Positions 12,110-24,831 of a DNA stretch of 64,000 nt are shown here, one piece after another. The translations under genes and the position numbers were made by a program. Under the pieces are notes generated by a model. It was given only the letters and a program-made list of their open reading frames with translations. It did no database searches and was not told the DNA's origin. Origin of the DNA: Perkinsus chesapeaki ATCC PRA-425 (Eukaryota; Protista; Perkinsozoa); the NCBI GenBank assembly GCA_013115145.1, contig JAAPAO010000051.1:38560-102559 (forward strand), in the 5' to 3' direction. Position 1 is the stretch's first letter. Each line of letters starts with the position of its first letter.

Positions 12110-14361
12110 TTAAACATCCTGTCTGTCTTGTTCCTTGCTCCCGGCTTCATCCTTATCATTACCGTGGCTACGGCCACCTTTCCCTCGAGCTTTGGAAGGT
12201 TTCTTTCCAGCAGTAGTAGCAAGGAGTTCCTCCCTATTTCTAGCCTGACACTGGACCCGGTGGAGTAGTTCTAGCCATCTACCTCCTAAATGCTGCGCGT
12301 CTTTGGGGAACCTAAATCGACAAGAAGAGTAGAAGTTCTAGTAGCAATCCAACGAAAGCCACACTCACTTCAACTGCAAAGACTTTGGCGCGGAAGAAAA
12401 CATGCCACTCTGCTTCTCAGGCTTGACAGTAAGGACCTCCGAATCCCCCTCAGTCGCTAGAGTTACAGTTGACTGCGTTAGCAATGCCGAGATGGGCCTG
12501 CGCACACCACATAGGTTAGGAGCGATTCCTGAGAGGTGCTCACTTCACATCGTCCTGGTGTTCATCTTGTAGATAGAGGTAAGCATCTGCCGTGACTGTA
12601 GCTCTCTGTATTGTCCACTTCGGGCCACCACTGAACCAACCGCCACTCTTAGAGCCTGTATTAAATTTATAGCAATCAATGTATTCGAGATATCTATATT
12701 ACTGGGTAGAGCAGAAACTTTTGCAGAATGAATAACAAGCCCTGTGCCTGGAGAAGCAATTGCAAGATTCCCACCAGCCTTCTGGGATTCATCCCGTAGC
12801 TGGTGGAAGAAAGGGCGGTGAACTAGCATTGCCTCCGCGTGGTCGCTATCAGCCTTCTGACCTTGTGAGGACGAACCTATTGATGAATTATCAATGATAA
12901 TTTGTAAACCCCAGAAGCTCTGCCCTTTCAGAGAGTAGTACCCCTCCTTCTCGCCTCCTCTACAGGTGATGCGCTTCTCGGAGGTGGTGCTGGACCAAGC
13001 ATTCGCATGAGGCACACCATCTCTGGGCTCGTAGCAATTGTTGTCTTTTGTGAGCCGATGTCTTCCCTTCTGGGAGATGCTGGCGTTGAGTCCTTCCTTG
13101 GAGATATTCTCAATGCGGCAACCGAGTCGAGTTGTCCTAATACGCACGAAATCGGCGGCACCAACAGAGACTGACAAAGCACCTGTTGCTGTAAGGGCAG
13201 CCTCGGTCAGCTCTTCCGTGAGAACGCGTTGTTGATCCTGTGCTGCTGAGCTCACATGTAGCCATAGCTGGTACTGCTTTGTCAACCAATGCCGTACAAC
13301 CGAATTAGTATTCTAGCACCACCGGTGACCTGTTTCCCACGCCTAGCGCTCCGATACTACCTGTTCCCGCCATGCTTCAGCCTTGTTAACAGCAGCAACT
13401 GACGATACCAAACGCCCTTCTACAACACTTCTCTTCTCGGCCGCGAGATCCACTGCCTTCCTATAGTTCCTCTCACTGGACCACCGATCAGCTGCTCCTG
13501 CTTCAGCCCCATGTGTAAATCGCGACATGAACATGCCCTCATGTTCCTTCCAGGCCGTCGACACTGCTACCTCCGACGCCTGGCACTCTGCAATAATACT
13601 ATCAAGCTTAGTCAGGATTTCGTCCTGAAACATGGGCGACTCTCAGAACGCGACAGCCCTGGCCCCCTCGGACTGATGTGAATTAGTACCATCCTTCCTT
13701 TGTATTCGACCTCTACCTCCTTCAATCCCTTATCAATCAAAGTTGTCTGTGTGGCTTCGTTGAAATCATGCAACAGTTTTCCTGTCCGCCTCGAGTATTC
13801 ATTCCAGTTACTAGGATCGTCAGGGAGACCCTGAATAGGATAAGCCTTACGATAAGGCCTTTCGAGGCCCTTCTCGAAAAAAGTAAAATAAGCCCTCGAA
13901 AGGGCAGATATGGACTTAGCGGCCATATACATTCGGTAAATGTACCCTCGGTTACCTCTAGGCTCTGCGCGTATCCTAGATCAGCCTCGATACGCTTCTC
14001 AAGGAAAACGCAAGCGTCGTGAGTTTCTTTCACTCCATTAGTCATAACTTTCCCCAGCTGTGACCCTGACTAGTTGCTCTGCAGGTTTTACAATACAATA
14101 AACTTACGAAGCTCATCTACCCGCTCAGCCCAAGATCCTGCCGATGCCTCCCTCACACCTTCCCACTCTCTCAAGGAGGCCAGTCCCTATTGTGAATAGA
14201 GGTGCACCATCTGACTCCCTAGTAACGTATACCTCCAGCCTCCGAGACTCCAACTCTCTTATATGCTCTGGCATCGGCGAAAGCGCTGCTGATGCCGCTG
14301 AGAGAAGTCGGGTTTCCTTACTCACAGAAGCCGATGTATCAGATACGTCAACCGACGCCAT
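12110..14361 (-). CDS. F-BAR (FCH) plus PH domain protein
   Basis: FCH-like WAERVDELRSQLGKVMTNGVKETHDACVFLEKRIEADLGYAQSL, then helical ERNYRKAVDLAAEKR. Spliced PH-like C-terminus SKSGGWFSGGPKWTIQRATVTADAYLYLQ...KPISALL...SLQLKFPKDAQHLGGRWLELLHRV. Confidence 0.65.
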
Positions 14362-14467
14362 GTGAATCAAAAAACTATACTGCAGCAGGTGGTTACTACA
14401 CTAGCTTGACTGACTGAACCCAACAGCATCAACATGCGAAACAATACATGAACCTTAACAGAGTTTG

Positions 14468-15604
14468 TTAATTACATTTGCGTGATGGAGCAAGGTCTTT
14501 CACGTCCATCTCTTGGCTGGCCAAAAGAGAGCGAGCCTCTCCCTCTAGTTCTCGCAACTCAGCTATTAGTTTTGCTATACTACCGCCGCCACCAGTTGTC
14601 TTCTCGGCAATTACAGATCCATCACAACTAGACTTATCTTCATCTGTTCCGGCCACAGCCTTGGAAGTATCAGCCGGAGAGCTGACCTGCTGAGTTGCTA
14701 CACACTCCTCCCTAATAGAACTTGGACCATCATTGCGCTCTTCTTTTCTATCACGGACTCGCTCCTCCGCAAGTTTCGCCGCTAAGCTCTCAGCGGCCAC
14801 TGCCCGTCTCTCGGATGACTCAAGCGAGGCTCGAGATTCTACTATCGCTGCGTGCATCTGTGCAACCATTTTGGTAAGCCTGTGAAGTAACATGTAAACC
14901 ACCCTTCCATAGCACTCACCGATCGTTCTCCTTAGCCAGGGCCTTGGCCTCCCTCTGAGACATCTTCAAGCGTCTCTTTGCCTCGTCACTTTCCTCCGCC
15001 AGTTCAATTAATTTCGTTTCTACCTTCACAACATGCTCTCTTGTTCTTTCCTGATAGTACCTTCCCAATGCCTTTAATCCATGAGACTAACATCTGTACT
15101 CAATACTACATGATCTCGTCACTGGCACGGCTATATGCTGCTTCAACTCCAGATATCCTATGCCACAAGCGTTCCAGCGCTGCATTGAAGGCGTGGGTCA
15201 TCTCCTTCACACAAGCGTTGCTGTGATTGTGGATTAACCCGGCGATAGTTGACCGCGATGTTTCCCGAACCCTTTGATGTTGAGCCTACTACCATTGTCT
15301 AGCTACATGTCCCAGCCACTTAGCTACATTAACTTGCTTTACAATCTCTGTGCACTCGTCCTGTATTGCCTGCTTCTCTACACTCAGTTTCACCGCCTCA
15401 TGTCGCCACGAGAGATCAGCTGGAGACTTGCCTTCACCTAAGTTAACCAGCTCACTGTGAGACTGTACTGTGTATTGACTGTTCACTTGCAGCGTCTTGG
15501 AGTTGGATAACACGCTGAAGGCTGGCTAGCTGGGCCAACAACGCCTCCCTGCTGGTCCATGACTCGATGGAGCCCGAGGACGGCAGGTTTGTTACAGTGG
15601 CCAT
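14468..15604 (-). CDS. Coiled-coil protein, hypothetical
   Basis: ATG at 15604 (MATVTNLPSSG). Heptad-rich segments LLAQLASLQRVIQLQ, WRHEAVKLSVEKQ and KLIELAEESDEAKRRLKMSQREAKALAKEND. Canonical introns. Confidence 0.55.
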
Positions 15605-15770
15605 GGAGAAGGGGGAACTCGCTGGCACTGGAAGCAACCTGTACGAGTGACAGGAATATGAGAATTGACTCCATGTGCTTGCGTACATCTTTAGAAAATG
15701 AGTTCCAAGTTCGATCCGCGGCACCGCCGTCCTATTTTTTAGACGAAAACGAATATCGCGGGTAACCGTG

Positions 15771-17454
15771 ATGGTAAAGTTGCGCTTGTTATTATGGTCA
15801 TTGCTAACTGTTGGACATGGATATCAAAGTGACAAGGAGTGTAAGAGTCTATACTCCTTCGAGTGGTGTACGAGTGAGCATGGGTGCATTCATAACTACA
15901 CTCTGTCATCAGCGCAATTTCAAAGCAAATTGGAAACTATGTAATCCCGCATCGGGTGGTGGATAGCGAGTTCGGGCCAGGTACCTTAAAAATGGACGAC
16001 CGGTTTTGAAGGAGAGCTATTTTATACAGAAGCTACCTGATGAACAGCGAGATTATCTGGTCAGTGAATGCCCTCAGATGTGGATCCTTGCTAAGTAAAT
16101 GGGGTACCGTGTGCCGCAGTAGTATGTTTCTCTTTGTGTACAGTCTAGTAGTAGCAGAGGCAGAGTTATATACCAGGGATGCGATTGAAGTGGAGGACCG
16201 GTAGTATCTGAAAGAGCAGCACAGTTGCACGGCCTAGTTGAAAGATTTGTTGAACCAGCGTTAACGGTGTACCAGAGGTTATCACCCGAACAGCGGGAGG
16301 ATATCGAGTTGAACTGGCTGTACGACTTGGCAGCCAGTCGTGTTATGGACAGGATGGGACTAACGCGAGAGGTGCCACCTCAAATGCGCTTAAGCGGACC
16401 TAAAAATCTACGTGTCGTCAGTCGATGTCGAAGACTCTAAGAGATGGCTCGCCCACTACCACCTTTGTAATATGCCACTGCAAGGAGCCTATCGAGTGGT
16501 TAGGCAGCCTATATCGCATGCCGTGGGTTAGGCTCGCACTGAAATACCTCTAACTCGCTGGAGTCGTAGATACATACCGCCTAATTCGCAACTTTTGCTG
16601 TACGAGAAATGTGGGGTCACCCCTGAGGTACCGCCCGAAGTATCTGATAGGTAGTGACGGTGTATCAAGAGTAATCGTTTGTAGTGATAGCAGGTTTACA
16701 CGCGGTGTCTCTGTGTTGGACAGACAAGATGGGGAGGTTCGAGGAGATGAGTGTTCGGCGTATCTAAGCTATATTACTGAGAACTATGATAATCTAGATG
16801 ACTACACAGTGCATTCCGTGTAATAATTAAGGGCTATAGCCTCTTTGAAGGTATTCCTACAAGCCGATCCACATAACCACGCATTCCTTGCATATTTGGA
16901 GATTCCTCTGAGGGCCATCGGGCTCGGGACATACGAAGTGATAGCAACAGTGGACATTCTTATGTGAGTAGGCCTATACAGGTCCCGTTCCTACATCTCA
17001 ACTATCATCGCCATGTTATGACTGATACCCCATGTATGAGGGACGTGGAAATGGTACTTGCTGCTCGGGTGCTTGCAAAGGCATTGTCACTGTATAGGCT
17101 CTTTTTCGAGATTTCACCCGAGAATTTCGCATGCCAGACGACCTTTTGGGTACATACTGTTGCTCGCAGTATATTGTTGCTCGGCATCGAATACAAGCGC
17201 GTAGCCTCTCCTTCTACCATCACATGTTAAGAATGGTGGACGGCTCTGTTCCTGACCTCTGCGTTGCTGAAGCCAAGTAAGATAACATGAGACTGGGTAG
17301 GTTGGAGGAATTAGAGGTGCTATTTGGTAGGCCCAAACGCTCGTCCCATTGCTATGTATTTGAGTTCTTGTGGCACATTGTACTTGGGGAGCCTCGGCGA
17401 CTTCCTTTACGACCGGACGATACTAGACTCCCTACAGCTTTGCGTGCAAAGTAA
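15771..17454 (+). CDS. Signal-peptide protein with DUF3431-like domain, multi-exon
   Basis: N-terminus MVKLRLLLWSLLTVGHG. Motifs FVICHCKEPIEWL, LLLYEKCG and RGDECSAYLSYITENYDNLDDYTVFLQADP resemble the DUF3431 motif (G.E..aYL.yI...YD.L.d.t.FL). Confidence 0.6.
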
Positions 17455-17729
17455 TCAGCTTGTGTCCTACTCATGCAACTAGTAGGACATGCATTAGATA
17501 TGGTAATGAACATAACCGTACCGTATGGATCGACCTCGAGCTAGCACCTAATACAGGAAGACTAATCTATAAGGAAGAAGAGCTTGCAGAAGTCTAATTT
17601 GCCGGTCCATGTACCATGATATACATGATTTCTCATCAGCTAGTGAGTTTCAGTGTTTTTAATAATATTGGTCATGCGGGCCTTCTGGTCTATTGTGCTA
17701 AGGTTGCATGTTGTTTTAGACTGTATTTC

Positions 17730-20345
17730 ATGCTTCGCCATGTAGTATGGCGAACATGCCGTGCCGGGCAGTTAAACCGACATCGGTTATCGGCTGGCGC
17801 GGCTGGGGGAGTTTTGAATGCATCGGCTGGAGTGGGCGAAGGAACTGGGCGTACATCGACCGTCAACCACTACGATGATGATGTCATGAAGAAGCTGTGG
17901 AGAGATACCGAGTTGTACCCAAGATCTGAAGACTCATGGTCGAGGCTTCTCGAAGCCATGATATTTAGGAATGAGGTAGTACATCGGGCCATTATTGCGG
18001 ATAGCGACTAGATAACAATAAACTACCTTAATGCTCCTCAGAGAATGCAAAAATTACCAAAGGATATCATCCCGACCCTGACGCAGCCACTAGCCATGGA
18101 ACGATTACTTGTTGCACTTGCGAGGGTCTTAGTTCCACATGAGGGAGGTGAATTACTCAGAAGGATGGCCTATATTATATCGCAACAGCAGTGGTCTGGC
18201 GATTTCGAAGTTGGTATGGTATGCAGAGGTCTTTCTAGGCTCTTTCAGAACCAGATAGGTTATCAGAGCGATGCAAGCGTATTGGACAAGATGCATCGTG
18301 AGATCTGTTCGGCGCTATTCACGGATGAAGTGAAGCTAATTATACGGAAGCCCAATGTCGCATTAGAAGCTGCTAACTTTTTGTTGGTGAGGATTTCTGG
18401 ATTAACAGATAGTGACGTAGAGAGGCTTGCTGTTCCGCTGTTGACAATTATCCACAAAGCCTGTAAAGATGGTGGATTCAGTGCGAAGATGCAGACTTCC
18501 CTTTTACCGGTTGTGTCTATACGCGCTAGCATACGATGTGGATCTCTACCTATGGTAACCGAAATAGCAACTATGGCACTCGAAGCAATCGATGACTTTG
18601 GGAAGAAGAGGAGGATAATAGGCAGCACTTCAAAAGCTGCTGAAAGGGTTGCAGCGGTTGACGCTATTCTGGAGGTTATCCATTTAAATCCTTGTGAAGT
18701 GAACTGTAACATAGCGTGCAAGCTCCAGGAGACCATATTAACGGAGATGAGCCTATCCGCCTGGACTAAAGCTGTTTATAACACGCTGGACAATGGAGCC
18801 CTTGATAGGGGTCAAGTGTTGTTGAAATATGTCACACTCTCAACCATACATCCCCGGTTTCCTACTCATTTACCGCAGGATCCAACCGAGGCGGAGTCTT
18901 GCTTGTTGCAGCTTCTCGAATGTGGAAGAAAGGCCCGGTTCTCACCTCTGCCGTTTTTACGATGGGCCTTGAAGAACTCTGGTTCGAGCAGGTCTGCGAA
19001 AGAGGATATTCTGCGGATGTTGCCTGATTGGGCTAGCGAAAAAGCATCTCTGATGAATGAGCTCCATCCTGGTGCAAACACGTTTAAAGGGAATGCCAAC
19101 GTTAATGACGATTATGTTACAATTAAAGGATGCCCTACAGGCCTTGAAGGGATATATAAGAGAATGGGTACGCACAATGGAAAGAATTACTATATCAGAA
19201 CTGAGCCGCGTAAAGAGGGGCCAATGTCTTTGTATTTCACAGGGAAGGTATGGCAGCTGGGCTCCAGTATGCATATTCCTGGCATACGATCTGCTTATCA
19301 TTGCATGTCTAACGGTGACGGCCCACCGGTAGGGGCTGAAGGCTGGGTGGCGTACAATGTGTCTTCCGGAGGATGGCAGCCCATACAAGGTTTTGTGGTT
19401 CTTCCTGGCGTGGATCGGTTCGCGCCCTCAGCCCCGGTGCGGGTTAAACAAACCCGCAGGAAATTCATGAGTGATATTGAAGAACATCATGAGAACGACA
19501 GTGTGATCAGTGATCCAGTTGAATCTCTAATGCACGGGACAGCTACAGAGTATAGAGTTGAACAGGAGAGCAATCCCCGTGGAGGATTACTTGTTGAGGC
19601 TACGGGTAAGGCAGATGAAAGCACAGAAAGTGTCACAGAGGATGATTTTAATGTGGTGTACGGTTCACAGCGCAAGCTGATCGACAGTTCTATAACACGT
19701 CAAGTGGAAGAAGAGGCTCTTAAACAGAGCATAGAGGCTACTAAGGTGTTGAAACATATGGCACAAAGGTGTATAGGAGTAGAGGAGAAGGGCAATACTG
19801 ACAATAGTGGGACATCTGTTGATGATATTGTATCACTCCGGGAGTCAATACAGCAGCTTGTATCTAGGGTGGACTCACTGGAGAAACAACTGAGTGAAAG
19901 CTCTCGGTCACGGGAGGAGGTGAGTATGTCATTTTTGCCAAGACAATTCAATATTTTATCTCCCCAGGTATTCTCACGTGTAGGCACAGCATCCCCGACA
20001 ACAGACGGCACGCGGCGAACTTCACCAGATGCAACGAATTCAAGGAGGCTTGATGGTGATGTTTCTGTAGACCACGAAGTCGAAGAAGAACCGGAAGCGA
20101 TTGCTGCTCTAGACTTTGATAGCTTCCGAAATCGACATACAATAAAAGCAGCTGAGATGCGAATCCTAGAGGCGAAAAAGGCGGGCTTATTACCTCGAGG
20201 AAAACAACGAGCGTTGCTACCGAAGGCTGCAGCTGCCAGAACATTAAGCTATGCGTGGAGTGTTAATGGAGAGTCCTCACTGTATACTCTTTGGAATGAG
20301 GATAAATGGAGCCATGGCTACGGGACGAGACGTTTCTTGAGTTGA
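17730..20345 (+). CDS. Hypothetical, probably mitochondrion-targeted helical protein with an internal beta-rich module
   Basis: Arg-rich, acid-free N-terminus MLRHVVWRTCRAGQLNRHRLS. An intron near 17973-18041 joins it to the 766-aa ORF. A probable in-frame intron lies near 19920-19967. Confidence 0.6.
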
Positions 20346-20505
20346 ATATGATACCATTATTTTATGCATTGACCGTCAGAAGGGTGGTCACCGACACAAT
20401 GATGATGATAATGATATGAGTGACATGTTTTCGTTTCCAGATTCACCAATATTCTTTGAATTGCCTTTCTTGCATGTCTTGCCAAGCCCCCAGTATATCA
20501 TTTAA

Positions 20506-20801
20506 ATGTCCAGTGTTACGCAGCCTCATCATCCGAAGCCAGGAGACCAGCGAGAGACGACTCTTCGTACCCTTCAACGCATATCAGATTTACTTGACAC
20601 TGGACTGACCCCACGACAACTGAGATTATGTGTTGCATTGCTCGAGACAAGGGTAAGTCCGAACATGGTACGATGGAGTGTTGCTTGTAATCCTCTCAGA
20701 TTGTTAATCCAGAGGCCTTGGCTTACGTCATCACAGAGATCCGGAGGGAGTGTGGATCAGTTGCCGAGACTCAGGGGAGGCTAGCGCATGCTGATGGCTA
20801 A
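20506..20801 (+). CDS. MZT1: Mitotic-spindle organizing protein 1 (MOZART1), 2 exons
   Basis: TLRTLQRISDLLDTGLTPRQLRLCVALLE|IVNPEALAYVITEIRRE matches the MZT1 consensus (L.eiS.lLnTGL....L.iCv.L.e.GvnPeaLa.vi.elr). Confidence 0.9.
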
Positions 20802-20899
20802 CGCTTTAATTGATATTTTCCTGCTCTAATATTGGCATTTGCGTGTGTTTTTCTTGGTTACAGAACCTGGATAGCAGCCAATATATATTTGCGTCCCTC

Positions 20900-23378
20900 A
20901 AGATGGACCTGTAACGCAACAAGAGATCACCAAGATACTCCCCATCATGACACACGTGTGATATGAACATTGATTAGATCATGAGAGGTCATCACTGAAT
21001 CGACGAACGAGACTGCTGTGGGGTGCCCATTTCTGTGGGAGACATTGTTAATATTTGACATAGTGGAGGTTTCCCACCTTGAACTTCTTATGGTCGGGCA
21101 AGTCAATATTGTGTACATAAATACTTTGGTCCGTTCCGGCAGAGAGGATACTGCACTGAGACGGATCATGTCCTCCTTTCCAGGACATAGACCGCACCGC
21201 ACCGCGATGCCCTCCAAGGCCAAGGCTGAAATCACTCCCCGAGAAGGTACCGGGAAGGACCCTACTGAGCTTGAACGCAGCCGAGGGCTCGTCTCTCAGC
21301 CTCACAATCCTTCATGTAGTCTAGTTCATCTTGGCACGCCTTCAGTCTGGCTGATATTCCTACGTTCTCCCTCTGACACAAGAACGGCGCTTAGAGTCTG
21401 TACGTTGAAAACTGTCCAACTTCTGCTTTCTTCCGCAACATCTCCATGGAACTATGCAGGTCTTCCTTTATCTCGTCAAAATCTCTTTCAATACGTTTAT
21501 GCTTCATCTCCAAATGATGCTATTCAAGACGCCCGGTATTCTACAATCAGATAAATCTACCGTTTACAATCTGGTCTTGAATGATCTCCATCTCATCAGT
21601 AATCCATAAGCGAATGCAACCATCCTCACAACCCGATAAAAAGTATCTAAGACATGTATTACACAACCTTACCGCTCCCCCTACTTCCCATCGCGCTTAT
21701 CCGATGGAACGATTCTCCTGACCGCTGATGTGTGACCAAGGTAGCATTGCACAGGACCCTTCTGCGAAGCGTGTCAACTTCAACGTCACAATTAGTTAGA
21801 CAGCCTACTGTGAGTTTCCGCATATCCCAACGTTTGCAACAATAATCACCACCGCACGTAAGAAGTTCATGTTCTCCACGGAAGACAACGTCGTACACAA
21901 TGTCAGTTGCCGCAGCCTCTTCAATGGTGAATGCTGATTTGGTTGTAGGTGCAGCCTGAAGGATATCCACAGGCAACTGAGCTAGTGGTACCATAAGCGA
22001 GATACCGAAATATCCGTGATAACAACGTCACCGTCATTGCCACAGGAAGCGACCAAGCTTGAGTAATCACTGAAGTCTACAGATTGTATGATGCGAGCGC
22101 TGCGGCGGAGCTGACAAAACACTCCAGTTGGTAAAAACACTTCTGCGTACTTCAGTGAGGAGCTTGTAGGTCCTCACGTCGTGGAGTAGTACAGATCCAT
22201 GCTTGTTACCCGAAGCTATGTACCTATGCGAGCGATGTGGAACAGAATGGTAGCACTCGCCATGGCACATTCTATCCGACGAGATCTCGCAGGTGAATAC
22301 AGAAGAGTCATGCCCACTGACTTCGGCCTTCGTTTGGCTACCGCTCTCGAAATCGACCACAACCATGTAACTGTTAATGAATGGAAGGCCCGTTAAAAAT
22401 GAATAGTAGAGATCACATTTTCCCATCAGAATCGATAGCATTACCAAATCCAACAATACCCCATTTGCCTATATGATAAAGATAACACGGCGCCGCCGAA
22501 TGAGTACTACTACCATCCGAGGACGCGACCATGGAATAGACAGGTGATGGATACTCGTAAGATGCAATGCGTTTATCAGCGTTGTCCAGGTCCCAAACCT
22601 GAAATTTAAGAAGACAAGAGGCCAGCTGGAGGAGAACTAACTTTGACTGTATGGTCAAGAGAACCACTGGCAAACCTAGTGCCATTCAACCATCTCACAG
22701 ACTCCACGTTCTCCATGTGCGCAGATAATCTGTGATCACCTGATACACAGGGTCAATTGACTACTGTACACAGCGGTCCCATGGTACATAGAACAGTCTC
22801 TGGAACATGGAATCGATGGCCGAAACTCGAATCTTGTTCAACCATTGTCTTGTAATCAAGGAATGCCTGATTTTGTTTGCCCAACAACTCGCCTGAATCA
22901 CCACTGTCACCCTCGCAAGTAAAGAGGACTTCTTACGGAATTCACGAGGGTTCGTGACCTTGGAGAAGAACTCAAGGAATTCATGGAATTCGATTGTGCC
23001 TAATTACAGTTATAAGATATCACTGACATACTGCTGTACCATTGCCGTCGGTATCAATGCTCTTTAAAACCTTCTTGGCCGAAGAGTAAGTATCTACCGA
23101 GCGGCACTGGACAACTTGAGGCCATATTAAATACATTTGATTCCCAGCATTCGCAGGGCCTCTCCAAGCTCATTGATATCAATCCCTCCAGATTGGTCTG
23201 TGTCCATCTGTTTGAAGATGTACAACAACTGAGTGAACACTAATCGGATATAATAAGTATAGGACTGCTGGACCTTTTCCTCATCCAATTCCATCCTGGA
23301 ATGGTCGTCACTTTGTTGTCCTGGGAAAAGGCCGCCACCTGGGATACCTTGGCCTGGACCTTCGTAGACAGCAGCCAT
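20900..23378 (-). CDS. EF-hand pair plus WD40-repeat protein, multi-exon
   Basis: EF loops DTDQSGGIDINE and DTDGNGTIEFHE continue in frame via introns into WD40 repeats: AHMENVESVRWLNGTRFASGSLDHTVKVWD, GHDSSVFTCEISSD..IASGNKHGSVLLHD, IVYDVVF..ELLTCGGDYCCKRWD, GHRGAVRSMSW..ILSAGTDQSIYV. The 3' end is approximate. Confidence 0.7.
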
Positions 23379-23685
23379 TGAGAACTATTAGAAGCTGAAT
23401 CTTAACCACACGACACTAATCGTTACAATACGCTAATGTCATTGCTTCTAAACAAGCAGTCTCTGCGTATGTTTATTGGAACATTAGTACCACACAAACT
23501 ACACTGGGACGAGTGAGAAAGCAAGGGAGTAGCACGAGATATTCGAGGGCGCTGTAGATGGATAATGCGCTGTTGTGCAATTTGCATGTGAGCATTTCGG
23601 AATCACGTGCCGCTTGTGACGCGGAGGCCGTTGCGTGAGCGGGTTTAGGTTTACCCCTAACCAGGCTGTACTCGTTGTGTGTTTA

Positions 23686-24831
23686 ATGTCAAAACCTCCA
23701 CAGCCATCAAATCAAGATGAGGAAGATTCAGTGTGTGACCCTACATCTAAAGGTACCGCCAAGGACAGTGAATCTGGATGCGAGAACAGCTCAACCGCTG
23801 GTCGCGGGCTCAAGCCTAGGCTGTATAAGACTCGTATGTGCTCCTTTTTTCAAAGACAGATGTGTGATCGAGGGGATCAATGCAAGTTTGCACATTATCA
23901 GTCAGAGTTGAAGCCCAAGCCCAATTTCCACTGTACTAAGCTGTGTCCTAACTTGCCCAACTGTACCAAAGAAGGGTGCACATACGCTCATGATGAGTCC
24001 CAGTTGAGGCCTGTGAGCGTCACCCGATCTGAAGGTGGTAAAACTATCATTCGCCTAACTGCAGGAGTAAATACAGAGCCTACTGGTACTACCGGTGGGG
24101 GTGGGTCTACGGGGGGCGATGATAATCTGAGACGCGTGCGTGCGGAGTTCTCTGATACTTCAAGTTTAAATGGATGTAGCAGTCGAGATAATGATGGTGT
24201 GTCATGTAACGTGGTTAGATCTGTAATTGATTCCCATCGGAGCTGTGACTCTGTGGTTTCCGATGCTACTACAGTTGATGGATGGTGTTACGAGTCTCGC
24301 CGTGGTTGTAGCAATCCTGTGTATAGTTCTGAAGGGTTTACTGACAGCCTGTTGAAGCCATCGGCAGTGGATAATCGTCACCTACTTGAATCCTATCAGG
24401 AGCGAGTTCCCGATATGACAGGTTTTGAAATTATAACACCCACAATCCAACCTGTTGGCCATCTTTCTATGCCAATATTTAACAGCAGAGGCTGCCATGA
24501 TCAATTCAAAGGTTGTAGGCGACGTGAAGATCTTTCTACCACTGTCGCCATGAGAAGTTTTCATTCAACCGATGGTCGTGGATATGACAGCAATCGGCCA
24601 GCGTTTGGCATGTGCACTGTTGCTCCAGAAGGCCCCCCTATTGCTAGTGGTACTTCATCCTCTTCATCATCTCCGATCCCATCTGGTAGCTATTCGCAAG
24701 TACCTATCGCAGAAGCTTATATTGGTAGTAATTCAACAAACTACCCTTTAAACGTATACAGGATGTATGATCACGCTTATTGGACGTCTCTGTCATGCGC
24801 TATGTTCGTATTAAATGACGAGACTGAGTAG
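23686..24831 (+). CDS. Intronless tandem CCCH zinc-finger protein
   Basis: LYKTRMCSFFQRQMCDRGDQCKFAH (CX7CX5CX3H) and HCTKLCPNLPNCTKEGCTYAH (CX5CX4CX3H), followed by a disordered Ser-rich tail. First ATG at 23686. Confidence 0.85.
   Translation: MSKPPQPSNQDEEDSVCDPTSKGTAKDSESGCENSSTAGRGLKPRLYKTRMCSFFQRQMCDRGDQCKFAHYQSELKPKPNFHCTKLCPNLPNCTKEGCTYAHDESQLRPVSVTRSEGGKTIIRLTAGVNTEPTGTTGGGGSTGGDDNLRRVRAEFSDTSSLNGCSSRDNDGVSCNVVRSVIDSHRSCDSVVSDATTVDGWCYESRRGCSNPVYSSEGFTDSLLKPSAVDNRHLLESYQERVPDMTGFEIITPTIQPVGHLSMPIFNSRGCHDQFKGCRRREDLSTTVAMRSFHSTDGRGYDSNRPAFGMCTVAPEGPPIASGTSSSSSSPIPSGSYSQVPIAEAYIGSNSTNYPLNVYRMYDHAYWTSLSCAMFVLNDETE

Noticed and set aside
20900-22800. WD40 gene called as ERCC8/CSA
   Set aside because: Only generic WD40 similarity. 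The in-frame EF-hand N-terminus and coiled-coil insert do not fit CSA.
23641-23662. Telomere-like GGGTTTAGGTTTACCCCTAACC upstream of the CCCH gene
   Set aside because: Fewer than two full repeats and an imperfect palindrome; compatible with chance.
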